Shown here: piece by piece, positions 11,566 to 36,566 of the stretch | Numbering within the stretch: position 1 is the stretch's first letter | How the letters are laid out: every line of letters begins with the position of its first letter | NCBI GenBank assembly: GCA_963693365.1 | Contig: CAVNZM010000004.1 | Span: forward strand, 14,134,524-14,198,523 | From: Amoebidium appalachense | Taxonomy: Eukaryota; Protista; Ichthyosporea | Direction: 5' to 3' | DNA length: 64,000 nucleotides | Position numbers and translations under genes: made by a program | Notes under the pieces: model-generated | Databases searched by the model: none | Told to the model about the DNA's origin: nothing | The model's input: only the letters and a program-made list of their open reading frames with translations

Positions 11566-11780
11566 AGTGCTTTAAAAGGGGGGGAGGGGGGGGGGGGGGG
11601 GGTCAAAGGGGGATTGTGGTTGATGATAATAATGTTGTTGCTGTTTTTGCTAGAGTTAAGAGGACATTTTGGGGTAAAAAGAAAGCCTATTCGGGTGATG
11701 GTGGTTGCGGCGTATGTGTGTGTGTGTGTGTGTGTGTGTGAGGGAGTGGAAGTGTTTCTGGAGAAGGGTGTGCTGGAAGC

Positions 11781-11831
<51 letters not shown>

Positions 11832-12621
11832 TGTTTTTGTGCATGTGTGTGTGTGTGTGTGTGCGCGAGTGTGCGGAGAAGGGGCTTGGGTGCAGCGAGT
11901 ATCACATGTTCTGTTGGACGGTGTGTGTGTGTCTGTGTGCATGTGCCCACCTCCATCTTTGCCGGCAGCTTTGCCTTCTTGACTGTGCTGACGACCTTTG
12001 GGTCTATGGCACATGTACCCTCGTAGGCATAGCCCACCACTATGTCCTGAGACCATAACATCAGTGCATGCACGTGCCTGCCTGTGTGTGCAGGTGCATC
12101 CTCACCTGTCACTCCGTCTTTCCTACACTCCTTCATTGACCCCCCCCCCCCAAAACACATACACACTCACCACCCACCCACACAAACACAACCACACACA
12201 CGCACAAAAAAAAAAACCGGAAGGCCCAATCGTTCTCCCACCCAGACCAGTCTTTATTGCAACATCGATTCCACGATACCCAAAACAGAACACCCACTTT
12301 GCCCTTAGTTGTTTTTTTTTAATGTCCAAAGGCACCCGTACTTGGGGTGGCTAGGGTCACACCGGAAAACAAGAAAAATGGCAAATGTATGTGCTTGTGT
12401 ATTTGCAGGTCTGGCGGGGAGAATGCTGGGCGGGGGCCGAGGGGGGAGGGGGGGGATCAAGCATACCCTCAGGAATTTCATTGCCTCCTTGTTATCAACC
12501 TGCACGGGGGCACAGCAAAAGGCCCATCGGTCGGCCAATGAAAGCGCCTCCCTCGGCAACCTCGATAGCATCTTGGCTACGGCAATCATGTTTTCGAGGT
12601 TGCACATGAAGTACAGGCTGT

Positions 12622-12659
<38 letters not shown>

Positions 12660-12713
12660 AGGTGATGAGGTTGCATGCCATTATGGTAGCATTACCCCGT
12701 TCGTTTAAAGGCG

Positions 12714-12750
<37 letters not shown>

Positions 12751-13022
12751 TGAGGATTTGTAACGGCACGGTGGTCAGTTGCATGGGTGGTGGTGTGCTG
12801 GTCATATAATTTGTATTGATGTATTTGGGTGGTATGGGGTGTGGGTGCATTAGGCCCCAAACAGATTGTGCATATCAATTTGATGGGTGGAGGAATGAAT
12901 GTCAGGGGGGGAGACAAAAGAGGTGTGTGTGTGTGTGTGTGAGTGAGTGTGTGAGTGAGTGAGTGAGTGTGTGTGTGTGTGTGTGTATGTACATATGTGT
13001 GTGAGTGTGTATGGATGTATGG

Positions 13023-13081
<59 letters not shown>

Positions 13082-16000
13082 CGTGTGTGTGAGTGTGAGT
13101 GTGAGTGTATATGTATGTGTGTGTGTGCGTGTGCCCCGGGACCCACCTGTGCTGCTTATCGACCGTCAGGCGCTCAAACCGACCGAGGATTTCGTACAAG
13201 TCAAGGTCTGGGGAGAACGGCACGTCAGACTACTACCGGTGTGGATGTAGGGGTGCAAAGAGGCGTTAGAGCAAGAGGTGTGCATGAGAGATATGTGGGC
13301 ATAGGAGGTGTGCATGAGAGATATGTGGGCATAGGAGGTGTGCATGAGAGATATGTGGGCATAGGAGGTGTGCATGAGAGATATGTGGGCATAGGAGGTG
13401 TGCATGAGAGATATGTGGGCATAGGAGGTGTGCATGAGAGATATGTGGGCATAGGAGGTGTGCATGATAGTGGGTATAGGAGGCGTGGATGATATGTGGG
13501 TATAGGAGGTGTGCATGAGAGATATGTGGGTATAGGAGGTGTGCATGAGAGATATGTGGGCATAGGAGGTGTGCATGATAGTGGGTATAGGAGGTGTGCA
13601 TGATAGTGGGTATAGGAGGTGTGCATGATAGTGGGTATAGGAGGCGTGGATGATATGTGGGTATAGGAGGTGTGCATGAGAGATATGTGGGTATAGGAGG
13701 TGTGCATGAGAGATATGTGGGCATAGGAGGTGTGCATGATAGTGGGTATAGGAGGTGTGCATGATAGTGGGTACAGGAGGCGTGGATGATATGTGGGTAT
13801 AGGAGGTGTGCATGAGAGATATGTGGGTATAGGAGGTGTGCATGAGAGATATGTGGGCATAGGAGGTGTGCATGATAGTGGGTATAGGAGGTGTGCATGA
13901 TAGTGGGTATAGGAGGTGTGCATGATAGTGGGTATAGGAGGCGTGGATGATATGTGGGTATAGGAGGTGTGCATGAGAGATATGTGGGCATAGGAGGTGT
14001 GCATGAGAGATATGTGGGCATAGGAGGTGTGCATGATAGTGGGCATAGGAGGTGTGCATGAGAGATATGTGGGTATAGGAGGTGTGCATGATAGTGGGTA
14101 TAGGAGGCGTGGATGATATGTGGGTATAGGAGGTGTGGATGATATGTGGGTATAGGAGGCGTGGATGATATGTGGGTATAGGAGGCGTGGATGATAGTGG
14201 GTATAGGAGGTGTGCCACGTGGGTGCAGAGTAGTGTGGGTGTATAGAAAACGAGTGACAGTGTGCATGGACAATGACAAACCCCTACACCTTTGAACACA
14301 CACGGATACACGAACATAATCACCTTCACCCACACCACTCACATATGGGTCACACACGTTTGCATGCTTCAACCACTTCCACTGCCTAGCCCACATTCAT
14401 ATAACCCCCCCCCCCCCCCTCCCCCCCCCCCGCGCCGCCGGCCCACGCCAAACCCTCCAGACAGCACCAACACGCACCCATCCATGCACACAGAAGCATA
14501 CACACCCACCAACCCAAGCAACCACCCCTTCTTCTCCCACACAGCATAAGACACACTCTAGAGCACTGCCTAGCCCTGGTGCAGAAACAAGCAAGGGCAG
14601 GCCACCACTTACCGGGCTGTGACTCGGCCACACTGCGCACGATGCCAAAGGATGGCTGCAGGCCCGCGTGGTGCAGCTGGTCGGTGGGGGAGGCCAGCAT
14701 TTTGCTCAAAAAGTTGATGCTCTTCTGGTGCAGCGCCCCCACATAGCCAATGGGGAACTTGCTCTGGTAGCGTCCGGCACGCCCTAGAAGGGAAGAAGGC
14801 GGATAGAGAGGGGATGAGAAGGGGAATGACATGAGCAAACCAGAGATGAAGGGGGACAAATAGAAAGCTCGGCATTTGAAAGGAAAACAAAAAGAAAGAG
14901 TGGTGGCGGTAGAGTGTGCCAGGAAAAAAAGGGGGATAGCAAAAGGGGAGGTTGAAACGACGGCGGAAGCATATGCCAAAACGCAAAGCCAATCTATGCA
15001 AAAACATGCACGTGCGGTGCCTGTGCCGTTGTGGCCAGAAACCGGTGTCACTCATTTCAAACACCCTTCTTCCCTGCCTCCACCCTCACTCTTCTCCCCA
15101 CCACAAATACCTATCACACGCGCTCCACACACTTGGCGTAGCAACCCCATCCATAACCTGTAGAGGTGTTGGCTTGTGTGCGTGTGTGTGTACGCGCGCG
15201 CCTACGCGTGAGCGCGGGGGTGGGAGGGGGAGGGGGAGGGGGAAGGGGGGGGGGGGGGGGGGGGGGGCTCAAGTCTATCCAACACCGAGACAACAAAACC
15301 ACACATGGAATGCACACAGAAGGATGCACGGGAACAGGCGCACACACCCACAAAGCATTCGACCACCCACCCACCCACACGTGGAATTCCCCCCCCCCCC
15401 CCCCCCCCCCCCCCCCACAGGTACATAGGCACTCATACACATTCGTACACACGCGCACACAAAAGGCATGCATAAGCACCAGCATACGAAAGTACACCCC
15501 CCCCCCCACGCAGGCATGCCCACACCCACACACCCACTAATGCATGCCAAACCCACGCCCAAACCACACACCAGAATTCTGCACACACATGCACACCACC
15601 CCACACGCACCTCCAATCTGCTTGACCTCCGACACGTTCAGTTTCCTCTTCTCATAGCCATCAAACTTCTCCACCGCCGAGAAAAACATCCTCCCCACCT
15701 GCAGGTTTAACCCCATCCCCACTGCATCCGTAGCCACCAATATCGCATTCGTGCCATTGTTAAACATTTCCGCCTGTGTGCGCCGTGTTTCAGGGGGCAG
15801 TGAACCGTAGATCACAGACACCTTGTTTCCTGTCTGTGACTCGATGTTATGTTTCAACCCGTACAAATTCTTTTTTGAGAATGCAACAATACAGTCACCC
15901 TGTTGCAGCTCTGTTAGTTTGTTGATAGCCTTGGGCAGTGTGACGAGGGGAGATAGACGCGAATATTCGTGGATATGCAGTTTATCTCCTGTGGCATCGC

Positions 16001-16544
16001 ATATGCGCCGTATCAGGTCTGTGCTGCATGGGTCCCCACACAGGTGGATGTGGTCGGCCTGCATGCCCAGCAGTGCACGTGTCCATGCCCACCCACGCGC
16101 CTCGTCCCCTGCATGCACGTGCACGGTCAGTGTGTGTGTGCATGCACGTGCACGGTCATGTGTGTGTGCTGGCCCTCCCCTCTCTTCTGTCTCACCAATC
16201 CCATGCAACATGCACACCGCACCACACAAGATGCCCGTTAACCCCCCCCCCCCCAAAAAACAATACAGCCACAATCACACATGCCCACACGGCCCCCCAC
16301 CTCACATCATCAGTCCCCCCCCTCCCCCCCCCCACCTATCATCTGGATCTCATCAATCACCGCCACGTCCATTCTTGCATCCGTGTCAGCCATCTCCACA
16401 GTTGATGACGTATGTGCTGCCCCGTCCACCAGCACCCACTCCTGCCCTGTCAGCAGGTTACAGGGGGCCACCTTGCCACGTGTGCCGTTGCTGAGACTGT
16501 CGTGTACCTCCCATGCTAGGAGACGCAGGGGCCCAGCATACCAG

Positions 16545-16595
<51 letters not shown>

Positions 16596-17778
16596 AATGT
16601 GAGTGTGAGTGTGAGTGTGAGTAAGCGAGCGAGCGCGTGTGTGCGTGTCCAAGGTTGATTGAGAACCAACAAAACGGTGCCAGGGACCGACGGATATGTT
16701 GGAGCAAAGGTTACAAACACCAGCAAACAAAACAACAAAACAAAATGGAGAAAACAAGCCATGCATAGCCACCACTTTCCTTTATTCCCTTCTAACCTCA
16801 GACCTTTTTTTAAAATAGGCACGCCCTCCTCCTCCCCTTTTACGCCTTCCCCACAGACAACCCCTTTTCCCTTCCCCACCACCCACCATACACAGATTCC
16901 TCCATGCACAACACGATCCCCCTGCCCCTCCGCCCTCCCATTAAACAAACACACTCCTTGCTCCCACTCCCCCCCCCCCCCCAAAAAAAAAAAAACATAC
17001 ACCTTCCTCCATGCACAACCAACCCCCCCCCCCCCACACACACACCCCTCCCTGCAAGCACCTCCCCTCCCCAGAAAAAAATGACCCCTCCCCCCCCCCC
17101 CCAAAACACACACAGATTAGCCCCCACCGCCCCTGCCCCTGCACACAAACCTTCCCCCTCTCCACCATCCCCACCCCCTTCCCCCTCTGCCCCAACAACC
17201 CCTGCCCCACACACAAACCACAAACCACACATCTCCATCCCCCCCCCCCCCCCACACACACACACCGCTCTCAGCATGAGCCAGGGCCTGCAGAGCGCTG
17301 TAAGTCTTGCCGCTGTTAGTGGGCCCCACGTGCAGGTGGATGTCACGTGCCATCTCACGTGCACGCGGGAACCACTCATGCGGCAGCGTCAGGTCTATAT
17401 TTAGACTGTTCTCCTCCTGGCTGCGCCTATGATCGACCAGCAGTTCTTTGAGAAGAAGGTCGCGGAAGGTCGGGTCGTCTAGGGGCTTGCCGTGCACTTG
17501 CTGTGTGTGTGTGTGTGTGGGGGTGGGGTGGGAATGGGGGGGGGGGGGGGGGGGGTTATTAAAATGTGTAACAGGGTACCGGTATGCAGTACATATTCGC
17601 CACGGATAACACAATGCAGAAGTTGCAGCAGAGCACACACAAAAAACATGCATTCGGTGGGGGGGGGGGGGGGGGCAGGGCTCCCCCCCCCCAAAACTAA
17701 AGGTGGCCCAGAGAGAGAAAGGAAAGGCGGGGGAAGGGGAGGGGGGAGGGTTGGATGAGAGGAGTATTCGCGAGCGCG

Positions 17779-17867
<89 letters not shown>

Positions 17868-19351
17868 CGTGCATGTATGCGTTTGTGTGTGTCTCCTACG
17901 TGCTTTTGTGGTAAGACCAGTTTCGTCCAATTTGCCTGTCTCTCTTTGCATGCATTATGTGGTTGCGTGTCCGCATGTCTGTACGTGTGCACATGTGTTG
18001 TTGGATATTTTACGTGTGTGGGCGGGTGTAAGGGTCTGCCCGAGTTTAACTGGTGCGTATATGCATGCGTGTTTGGGTTTGTGTCTGTTGCGTGTGGTGC
18101 TTACGTGCTTGTGTATGTGTCGTGTGCGTTACGGTGTATGTGTTGATGTACGTGCTTATGTGTCTCTCCCTGTGTGTATGCCTTTTGTGTGCCATACGCG
18201 CCGGTACGTACTCGGGTGTGATGTGCCCGTGTGTGTGTGTGCGTGTGTGTTTGTGTGTGTGCCCAATTTGCTTGTATGTGTCTATGTATGTGTGGCCTAC
18301 ATGCCTGAGTGTGCTTGTGTGCGTGTGTGCCTGCATGCCTGCGTGAGTGTGTGCCCTACATGCCTGTCACCCTATGTGCATGTGTATGTGTGCCTGTGTA
18401 CGTGTGCCTGTGTATGTGTGCCTGTGCCTGTGTGCCCTACGTGCTTGTGCAGCAGGGCTGCTATCCTCCTCACGGCCTGCCTGCTGTCCAGTATGTCCTG
18501 TGCTGCAGACTCCAGGGCAGGCCTGGACATGCCCTCTGCCCGTGCCCGGGCCACAAACTTGGTGTCACTCCGCACCACCTGCTGCAGTAGCGTGGCCACC
18601 TCAAACTTGTTCCGCCGCTCTTGCTTTTCGGCTCCCTGCTTGGCTGCCCGGTGGCTGTGTGCAGGTTGAGGAAACTGTAAGTGGTATTGCCCGGCAAGCC
18701 GTGGAAGCAGAAGGAGGATTTCTAGAGAATTCGCGTGTTCTTGTGTGTCTGCTATGTCTACGCTGAGTGTGACGGTTGACTGCTTTGCTTATGTGGACGT
18801 GTGTGTGTGCATGCGTGTGGGTGGGTGCGTGGGTGGAAGGCTTGGTGCCCTAAGGGCGAAGGAGGGGGGGGGGGGGGGGGGAGGGGGGGGGGAGCTGGCA
18901 TGTTAAGTCTCCGCCCACAAATCTGTGGAGAGCCAAACGGTTTCTTCCACTTGACTTTTAAGCGTCGTAAGGAGATAATGGGCTTTAGAGCTAGAAGGGG
19001 AAAAAAATAAAAGAGCTCAACGTAGGCATTGCAATTTTGCATTTGGACCAATATATGCATGCATGTGTGTTCAAGAGTGTAGACTTAGGGAGAACCATGC
19101 AGTAGGAATGGAAGACGTATAAGGCCTTAAGGTGGGCACACTTGCGGGCGGAAGAGCCTGACAGGCGGACATGGGGGGTAGGGGGCAAGCTGGGGAGGAA
19201 GGGGTGGGGAATGCGGGGAGCAGGGCACCGTTCCGCACCTGTTTGTCGTTTTGGCACTCAGGTGTCGCACGGACACACACAGAGGTGCGGCCGAACCCCC
19301 AGACAGGGCCGAAAAGTGAGCGCCAAGCAGGCGCACGGCTGAAGACAACAT
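9531..19351 (-). CDS. SUV3: Mitochondrial ATP-dependent RNA helicase SUV3 (multi-exon)
   Basis: GCCACC-ATG at 19351 opens an Arg/Ser-rich presequence-like [17 protein letters not shown]. Approximate exons: 19351-19239, 18654-18441, 17500-17266 ([19 protein letters not shown]), 16545-16336 ([20 protein letters not shown]), 16108-15611 ([32 protein letters not shown]), 14784-14612 (GRAGR), ~13270-13147, 12617-12468, ~12050-11951, 11528-11389 (LDLYLWLS), 10939-10793, and a probable last exon 9982-9531. An alternative stop lies at 10782. Confidence 0.93.
13275..14215. repeat. Intronic minisatellite built from 30-, 26- and 25-bp related monomers with higher-order periodicity
   Basis: Monomers are GAGGTGTGCATGAGAGATATGTGGG(C/T)ATAG, GAGGCGTGGATGATATGTGGGTATAG and GAGGTGTGCATGATAGTGGGTATAG. 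Confidence 0.95.
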
Positions 19352-20782
19352 GGTGGCGCCGACAAAGGTGCGCGTGGGCCAGGCCCGGAAAGGGCTCTAC
19401 GTGCACGGTTTTGGGGTGATGGACGTGTCTTGAATCCCAGTGAAGATTGAACAAACACGCGCCCCTCGAAACAAACCGATGTGCCTATTAGTGCTCTAAC
19501 TCCATAGAAGGTGCCCTTCCCTCACTCACGCGCACGCACGCACGCATGCATACGTACACTTGAGGAACGTTGACACAACACCTAAAAAAATACACACAGG
19601 GCTTCAACTTGAGCACACACTGAACTGAATGCGTACACGTGACCGCATGGCTGCTGCCGCTTGCTGGCCAAGCGGTGGACAAGAGCTTCCGCGCCAAGAT
19701 CCAAATATGGCTTATCTCTAGATCTGTAACCAATCAAAAATAGCTGAGGTTAGCCTGTTTGGGTAGTCGCTTTTGATTGGTGTTTGGAATCGCTCGCAGT
19801 TACGTCATATTACGCTGGATATGAACTGTGTTCTGTATACACTAGTTCGGAATTCCCAATGGAATTCGATTGCGTAACCTTATATGGCTTACCTGAAAGA
19901 TTCGAATCATCTGATTGGCCTCACATCCCGAAAGGGCTAGGGTAAGGGCTGCGCTCACCCCATCGGGGCCGTGGTACAAATCTACAGGCTCTGACATGAA
20001 TGTTTCACTCGTTTTTACTAAGAAAACAGGTTTTGGTTCATTATGAAAAGTTGTCGGAAATAAAAAAACGCGTATTCGTGATATAGGGGACCAGTGATGT
20101 CCGACCATCGTCAAAATCGGTGAAAACCCCGTCGTGTAAGCTTCCGACCGTCAGCGCCTTGGTCTATCATCAATGACAAAATCGTAGTTTTTTCTAGGTT
20201 TCACCATAAAATAAGCGGCGGACACCCCATGTTGCTTATACAATGTAGTCTTTATGGTGTCTCGTAGAGAAAGTAAACCCTGCACCCGACATCTATGTAC
20301 GTGATCATGATATACCGCTGAGGGGATATTCCGAGCAAAAAAACCCCCCCCCCATACCTGAGACTGGTTTCTCTTTGCCTCGAGTAAACAGCGTAAACCC
20401 CATAAATGTGTGTCGCGTTATTTATCAAAATATTGATTATGTAGTTGGCCAAAACCTGTTTTCTATTCATATTTTTAACTTAGATCACTTAAAGCGTCAT
20501 TTGGTAAATGTGTAGCCCTTCCTCCAGCCCTTCATTACGTCATCGATCTGACCGGAGCGAAGCAAAGCCATTGAAAATTTTGCATAGGCAATCCGAACTA
20601 GGTTGTAGTGTATACGTGTTGCTTTCAAAGAATAGTTTAGTAACAGTGGAGTTCTCATGGGGCAAGAAACGATTAGTTAGAAAGGACTTTGCTACTAGTT
20701 GCTCGCTGTTACATTCAGCCTTTTATCCCTAAAAAATATTCTTTTCCTTGTGTGGCGCGTTCACGGTTGCGGAGGCCTCAAG
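19352..20782. promoter_or_regulatory. Divergent (head-to-head) promoter region between SUV3 and the G-patch gene
   Basis: Lies between ATG 19351 (-) and ATG 20783 (+). It lacks long microsatellites, retains CpGs, and has CCAAT/ATTGG boxes (~19731, 19776, 19914) and TTACGTCA CRE-like sites (~19800, 20535). Confidence 0.6.
20244..20388 (+). repeat. Dispersed repeat of about 145 bp, copy 1 (unclassified)
   Basis: Near-identical to the reverse complement of 63289-63440. Confidence 0.85.
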
Positions 20783-32106
<11,324 letters not shown>

Positions 32107-33264
32107 CCAATCCCATGCAGCCCTGCATAGCCTTATATGGTCATGTTGTGGCAGCGGTGCTTGGGCTTTGGTGTGGCCAGCACCAAGTAATTTTTTTATT
32201 TATTTATTCGAATGCTGCTGCTATCGTTAGAAAGTTATGAATGGTACGAATGGAAGGGTCAGTTCTTTCACTTGTCAGTTTGCGGCACGATGTAACCTGG
32301 CCCGTAGTTTTGCTTCTCTTTTGTACATCAGGACCTTTGCCAAATTAACTATCGTGTTCTTTCGCAGAGTATGTGTGCGTGTGTACCTGGGTTTTAATTT
32401 TTTTTTGATTTTTTTTGCACTGGCTGGTTGGGATACTCATATAACTATGTTCATGCAACGCGAACGGCATGGTTAGGGAGAGCATGTGCAGCTCACCTTT
32501 CTGGCTGTGGCCCCATGGGCTTATATCTGCTACCGTGGCAGCCAAATGGAGTCTCAGGCGGTGTACATGGTCATGTACATGTGGCCTAATAAAGCTGGAG
32601 TATATAAAGTACACCACCACTATCGTGCCTCCTAGCTGCCACACAACATCACCCACGCCATAACCAGGCGGTCTCTGTGCAATGCACATGACATGGCATA
32701 TAAGCATGGAGCCACAACGAACACATGCAGTGTATCACCAGCCTACAGTGATGCATAACATTCACATGTGCGTGGATGCAGTGCAAAACATGTGCATGAA
32801 CGTGCGTGTATGCAATGTGTTGTGTGCATGTTTCCGTGCCATTGGGTCACTTTCCTGCGGGTCTGTACGTGACTTTGTTTTGATTCATTTACAGCTCATT
32901 GGGTGGCAGCAGCTAAAGCTGCCATGTTGACCTAATGACATACATATGTACTCTAAAATGTCTGACCGGTCAGGGCCTGTACGCCCAGCGCACATGATCC
33001 CTGCATGCGGTAGTCCTATGGCCCCTGCAACAACATGATGAAACACACTGCATATGGCCGCGGATTCAATGCTACGTATTTGTAAGGCAGATAATACTAG
33101 TAATTCATCAGTCTATTCTAGCAGCCTATAATAATGTTTTGAGTAGTATTAGTGGTTGCATGGTGCATTGTAGTGCCGCCTAAGGATATCTAGGACAGTC
33201 AGAAGTAGCCTAATTAAAAAAAAAAAGACACAGTTAGTATGCATCCTAATAACATTGCAGCCAC

Positions 33265-34619
33265 CTAGGCCCTGATCATGGCCAGTACGTCTGGGCTGTA
33301 GTGAGTCTTTGGGTCGTCCAATGGGTGGCCGGCCAGCTGTCTCAGCAGGGGCAGGTAGTCCAGGAATTCCTCATGTAGGGGCCGTCTGAGCTTCATGTCG
33401 GCCTGCTGTTCTAGCTCCTCCACAGACTGCAGCGCTAACATCAGTGCCTGGACAACTAATCCACAAGAGGGGGGGAGCGGGGGGGAGAGGGGGGCGGGGG
33501 AAAGTGGGGGCAGGAGGGGAGGGGGGTGGGGGAGGGACTACAGCAAGTGCCAGATTATGTCGCATGTGTATGTAGATGTCCATGTGTGCACGCGCGGCAG
33601 GCGGGGGCTACAATACAGCAATCGCACGCGCACACGTGTGTGTGTGTGTGTGCGCGCGCGCATGCGTGTGTGTGTGTGTGTCGAGCTAGGCCGTAGCAAG
33701 CACGTGTGTGTGTGTGGTGGTGGTGGTGGGGGAAGGGGGGGCTCTGGTTCATACCGTGAGGACGATCTGGCCCTTGCGCATGCCCACGGTCATGGCCTGG
33801 CAGGTCTTTGCCTTCATGCTCTCGGCAAGGAAGTCGGCCGCCTTGGCTGCCAGCTGTGCTGCACGCACACGGTCCAGGGGGAGGGGTACAGACCCTGGCA
33901 CATGTGCCCTAGACGGCAGCTGCGGGTCGTGTACACGTCTGCAGAGAGGGAATGTCAGCATACAGCCCCAACCAGAGTAATTTCTACCCAACACAACACC
34001 TGTTTTCACTCATGACACCACCCTTTTTACCCATTGCCCCACTGAAAAAAAGACCAGCCATGCCAACATGCGAACACAACCACAACCACAACCCGGTTTC
34101 ACCACCACCACATACACAGTGGCTGCACGTACCCTTGCCCTCCTCCTTGAACATGTTGTACATGAAGTTGAGGTCGTACGTGGCGCTGCACTTCTCATTG
34201 CGCACCAGCACGCTGTAGTTTGCCCCATCGTGCATGCGCTTGATGATGTGGTCATAGTCGGCCTTCAGATCATTCAGAGTAACACCCTCTTCGGGCACAT
34301 AGGCACGGTCGGCACCGGCAGCCAGGGCCGACATAGCAGCAAGGAAACCACAGTCAGCACCCTGTGTCTCGACCAGGAACACACGGTGACGGGAGGCATC
34401 GGCAGACACCTTGCAGCGGTCAATGGCATCCACACAGGCATTGAGGCCTGTGTCACAGCCAACACTGAAGTCCGTGCCTGGTGCATTGTTGCTGCGGAAG
34501 GTAGAGGGTGAGTGTGTGCTTGCATGGGTGGGACAGGCAGGAGTTGTATGATGCAAGGTCAAGACGGCGTATGCATGTTGCACAGTGTGTGGCAATGTGC
34601 TGTTTGTGTATATATGCAT

Positions 34620-34650
<31 letters not shown>

Positions 34651-36534
34651 GTGGGTGGGTGGGGGGGGGGGGGGGGTCTGAATGCGTCATTAAGTACAAA
34701 ATACAAGCAGAGGGCAAGGAGGGAGGGGAGAGAAGTGGGCCCATATTGCATGGATTTGCAGTGAGAACTGCGTGGAAGCAAGCAAGTGGGCATTACCTGA
34801 TGGTGGCGGGGATCTGCACGATGGGGATCTGCAGCTCAGGGTTGTCCTTCTGTGCCTTGCGCTGTGCAGACACACACCGTCAGCACCCTCATAGACCACG
34901 CTGCTACTAGCGGCCCATCAAACAAACACACATCCGAAGATACTTCTGGTAAAGCCGGGGGCGGCGGCGGGCGCCGGGGGGGGGAAGGGGGGGGGACAAA
35001 GTACTGGAAAGATGGGAGGCGTCCCAGGACCCAGGGAGGAGAAGGAGGGATGGGATATAATGGGTGGTGGTGGTGGTGAGCCGGGGAGGCGGGGGGAGGG
35101 GGGAGGGGGGGGGGAAGGGTTGGAGGGGGGGTGGTTTACGGTACGTACCAGGGCCAGGACGGCAGTGAAAGCCTCGAAGCCACCGACAATGAACAGGGAC
35201 TTGATGTTGAACTTCTTGATGTTGGCCGCTATGGCCGCAAGGTCGGTGGGCTGGGTGCGGGTGGTGCCCAGCAGGGACCCACCCTCGGCACTCCAGTAGT
35301 CCACGTCCATGTACTTGATCTCCTTCACGTCACCACTCATCAGCCCGTCAAACCCCGTGCTGATCCCAAGGATCTTGTAGCCAAAGTTCATGCCGGACCG
35401 TGCACAGGCACGCATGGCACTGCAAACCCAGATACGTGTCAGTATGCACTCGGTGTAGAACGGGGGGGGGGGAGGGGGGAGGGGAAGTATCACAGAGTAC
35501 GAATTACACCCTCTCGACGGACAGTAATGCCGATTTTGTGAAACACACGAAGGCTAAGCAATTTAAGTCGAGCCCATTCTCAGGGGGGGGGGGGGGGGGG
35601 GGGGAGAGGGGGGGCAATCACCTATTCATACCGGCCGCGGGGGCACCGACGCACATCATGCCGATGGCAAACTCGCCGGGGTTAGTGCCGGGGGCCACCT
35701 TTGGGCTTGTGCCGTTGATCAGGCGGTGGTAGCTGTAGTTCACGTCAAAGTCCTTGCCTCGCGCCTTGATGGCCCCAGCAAAGTCGCCCTTCTCTGTCAG
35801 CTGCGCAACTAGCTGCGTCTGTGGGCCAAAGGGTGTTGTTAGCCGTGTAGGTTCCAAAGGGGGAGGGGGGGGGGGGGGGGGGGGGAGCTGTAGGTTCGAC
35901 TGTGTGCTCTACTTCACTGCATGACCATGTGAACTGGGGGAATGTCAGGAGACAGAGGGTATGTGGCAACAAGCACAAGCACATGGGAGGGGGGCACGTA
36001 CATCCTTGACGGACTCGACCAGGGGGGCATAGACCACGTCCCAGCCCCTCAGGCCCACAATGGTGGCCGGGTCCCCCTCCTTAGCCATCAGCACCTTCTC
36101 CACGGCCGCAGCCCCCGAGATGGTGCCCAGGATGCGGTCGTAGGCGCTGGTCTGGCCACCACGCTGCACGTGGCCCAGGATGGTGGTGCGGGTGTCGTGC
36201 TTGAGGCGCTCCACGATGACCTTGCGCACCATCTCGCTCGTAATGGGCTTGTTGTGCCGGTCGATGGCCCCCTCGGCCACAATCACTAGGTTCATGCGCT
36301 GCCCCATCTTGCGCCGCTGCACAGAGACCACAACCAGTTAGCACCGCGTCCGTACGTGCATTTAACACACACACCCCTCCCACCCCCCTTCCCCTGTCCC
36401 CTTCTTCTTCTAACCACCCCACCAACCCTGCCTGGCATCACCCTTACTGAGACACCCAGTTTGCCGCCCCCCGCCCCCCTCCCCGTCCACTCAAACCCTA
36501 CACACACCCCCTTTATATGTGCAACATCCTCCCA

Positions 36535-36566
<32 letters not shown>

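Noticed and set aside
13166-14396. Three long overlapping ORFs (273-390 aa) and a CRISPR-like look to the array
   Set aside because: They come from the minisatellite. Units are contiguous with no unique spacers, no cas genes are present, and the context is a eukaryotic intron.
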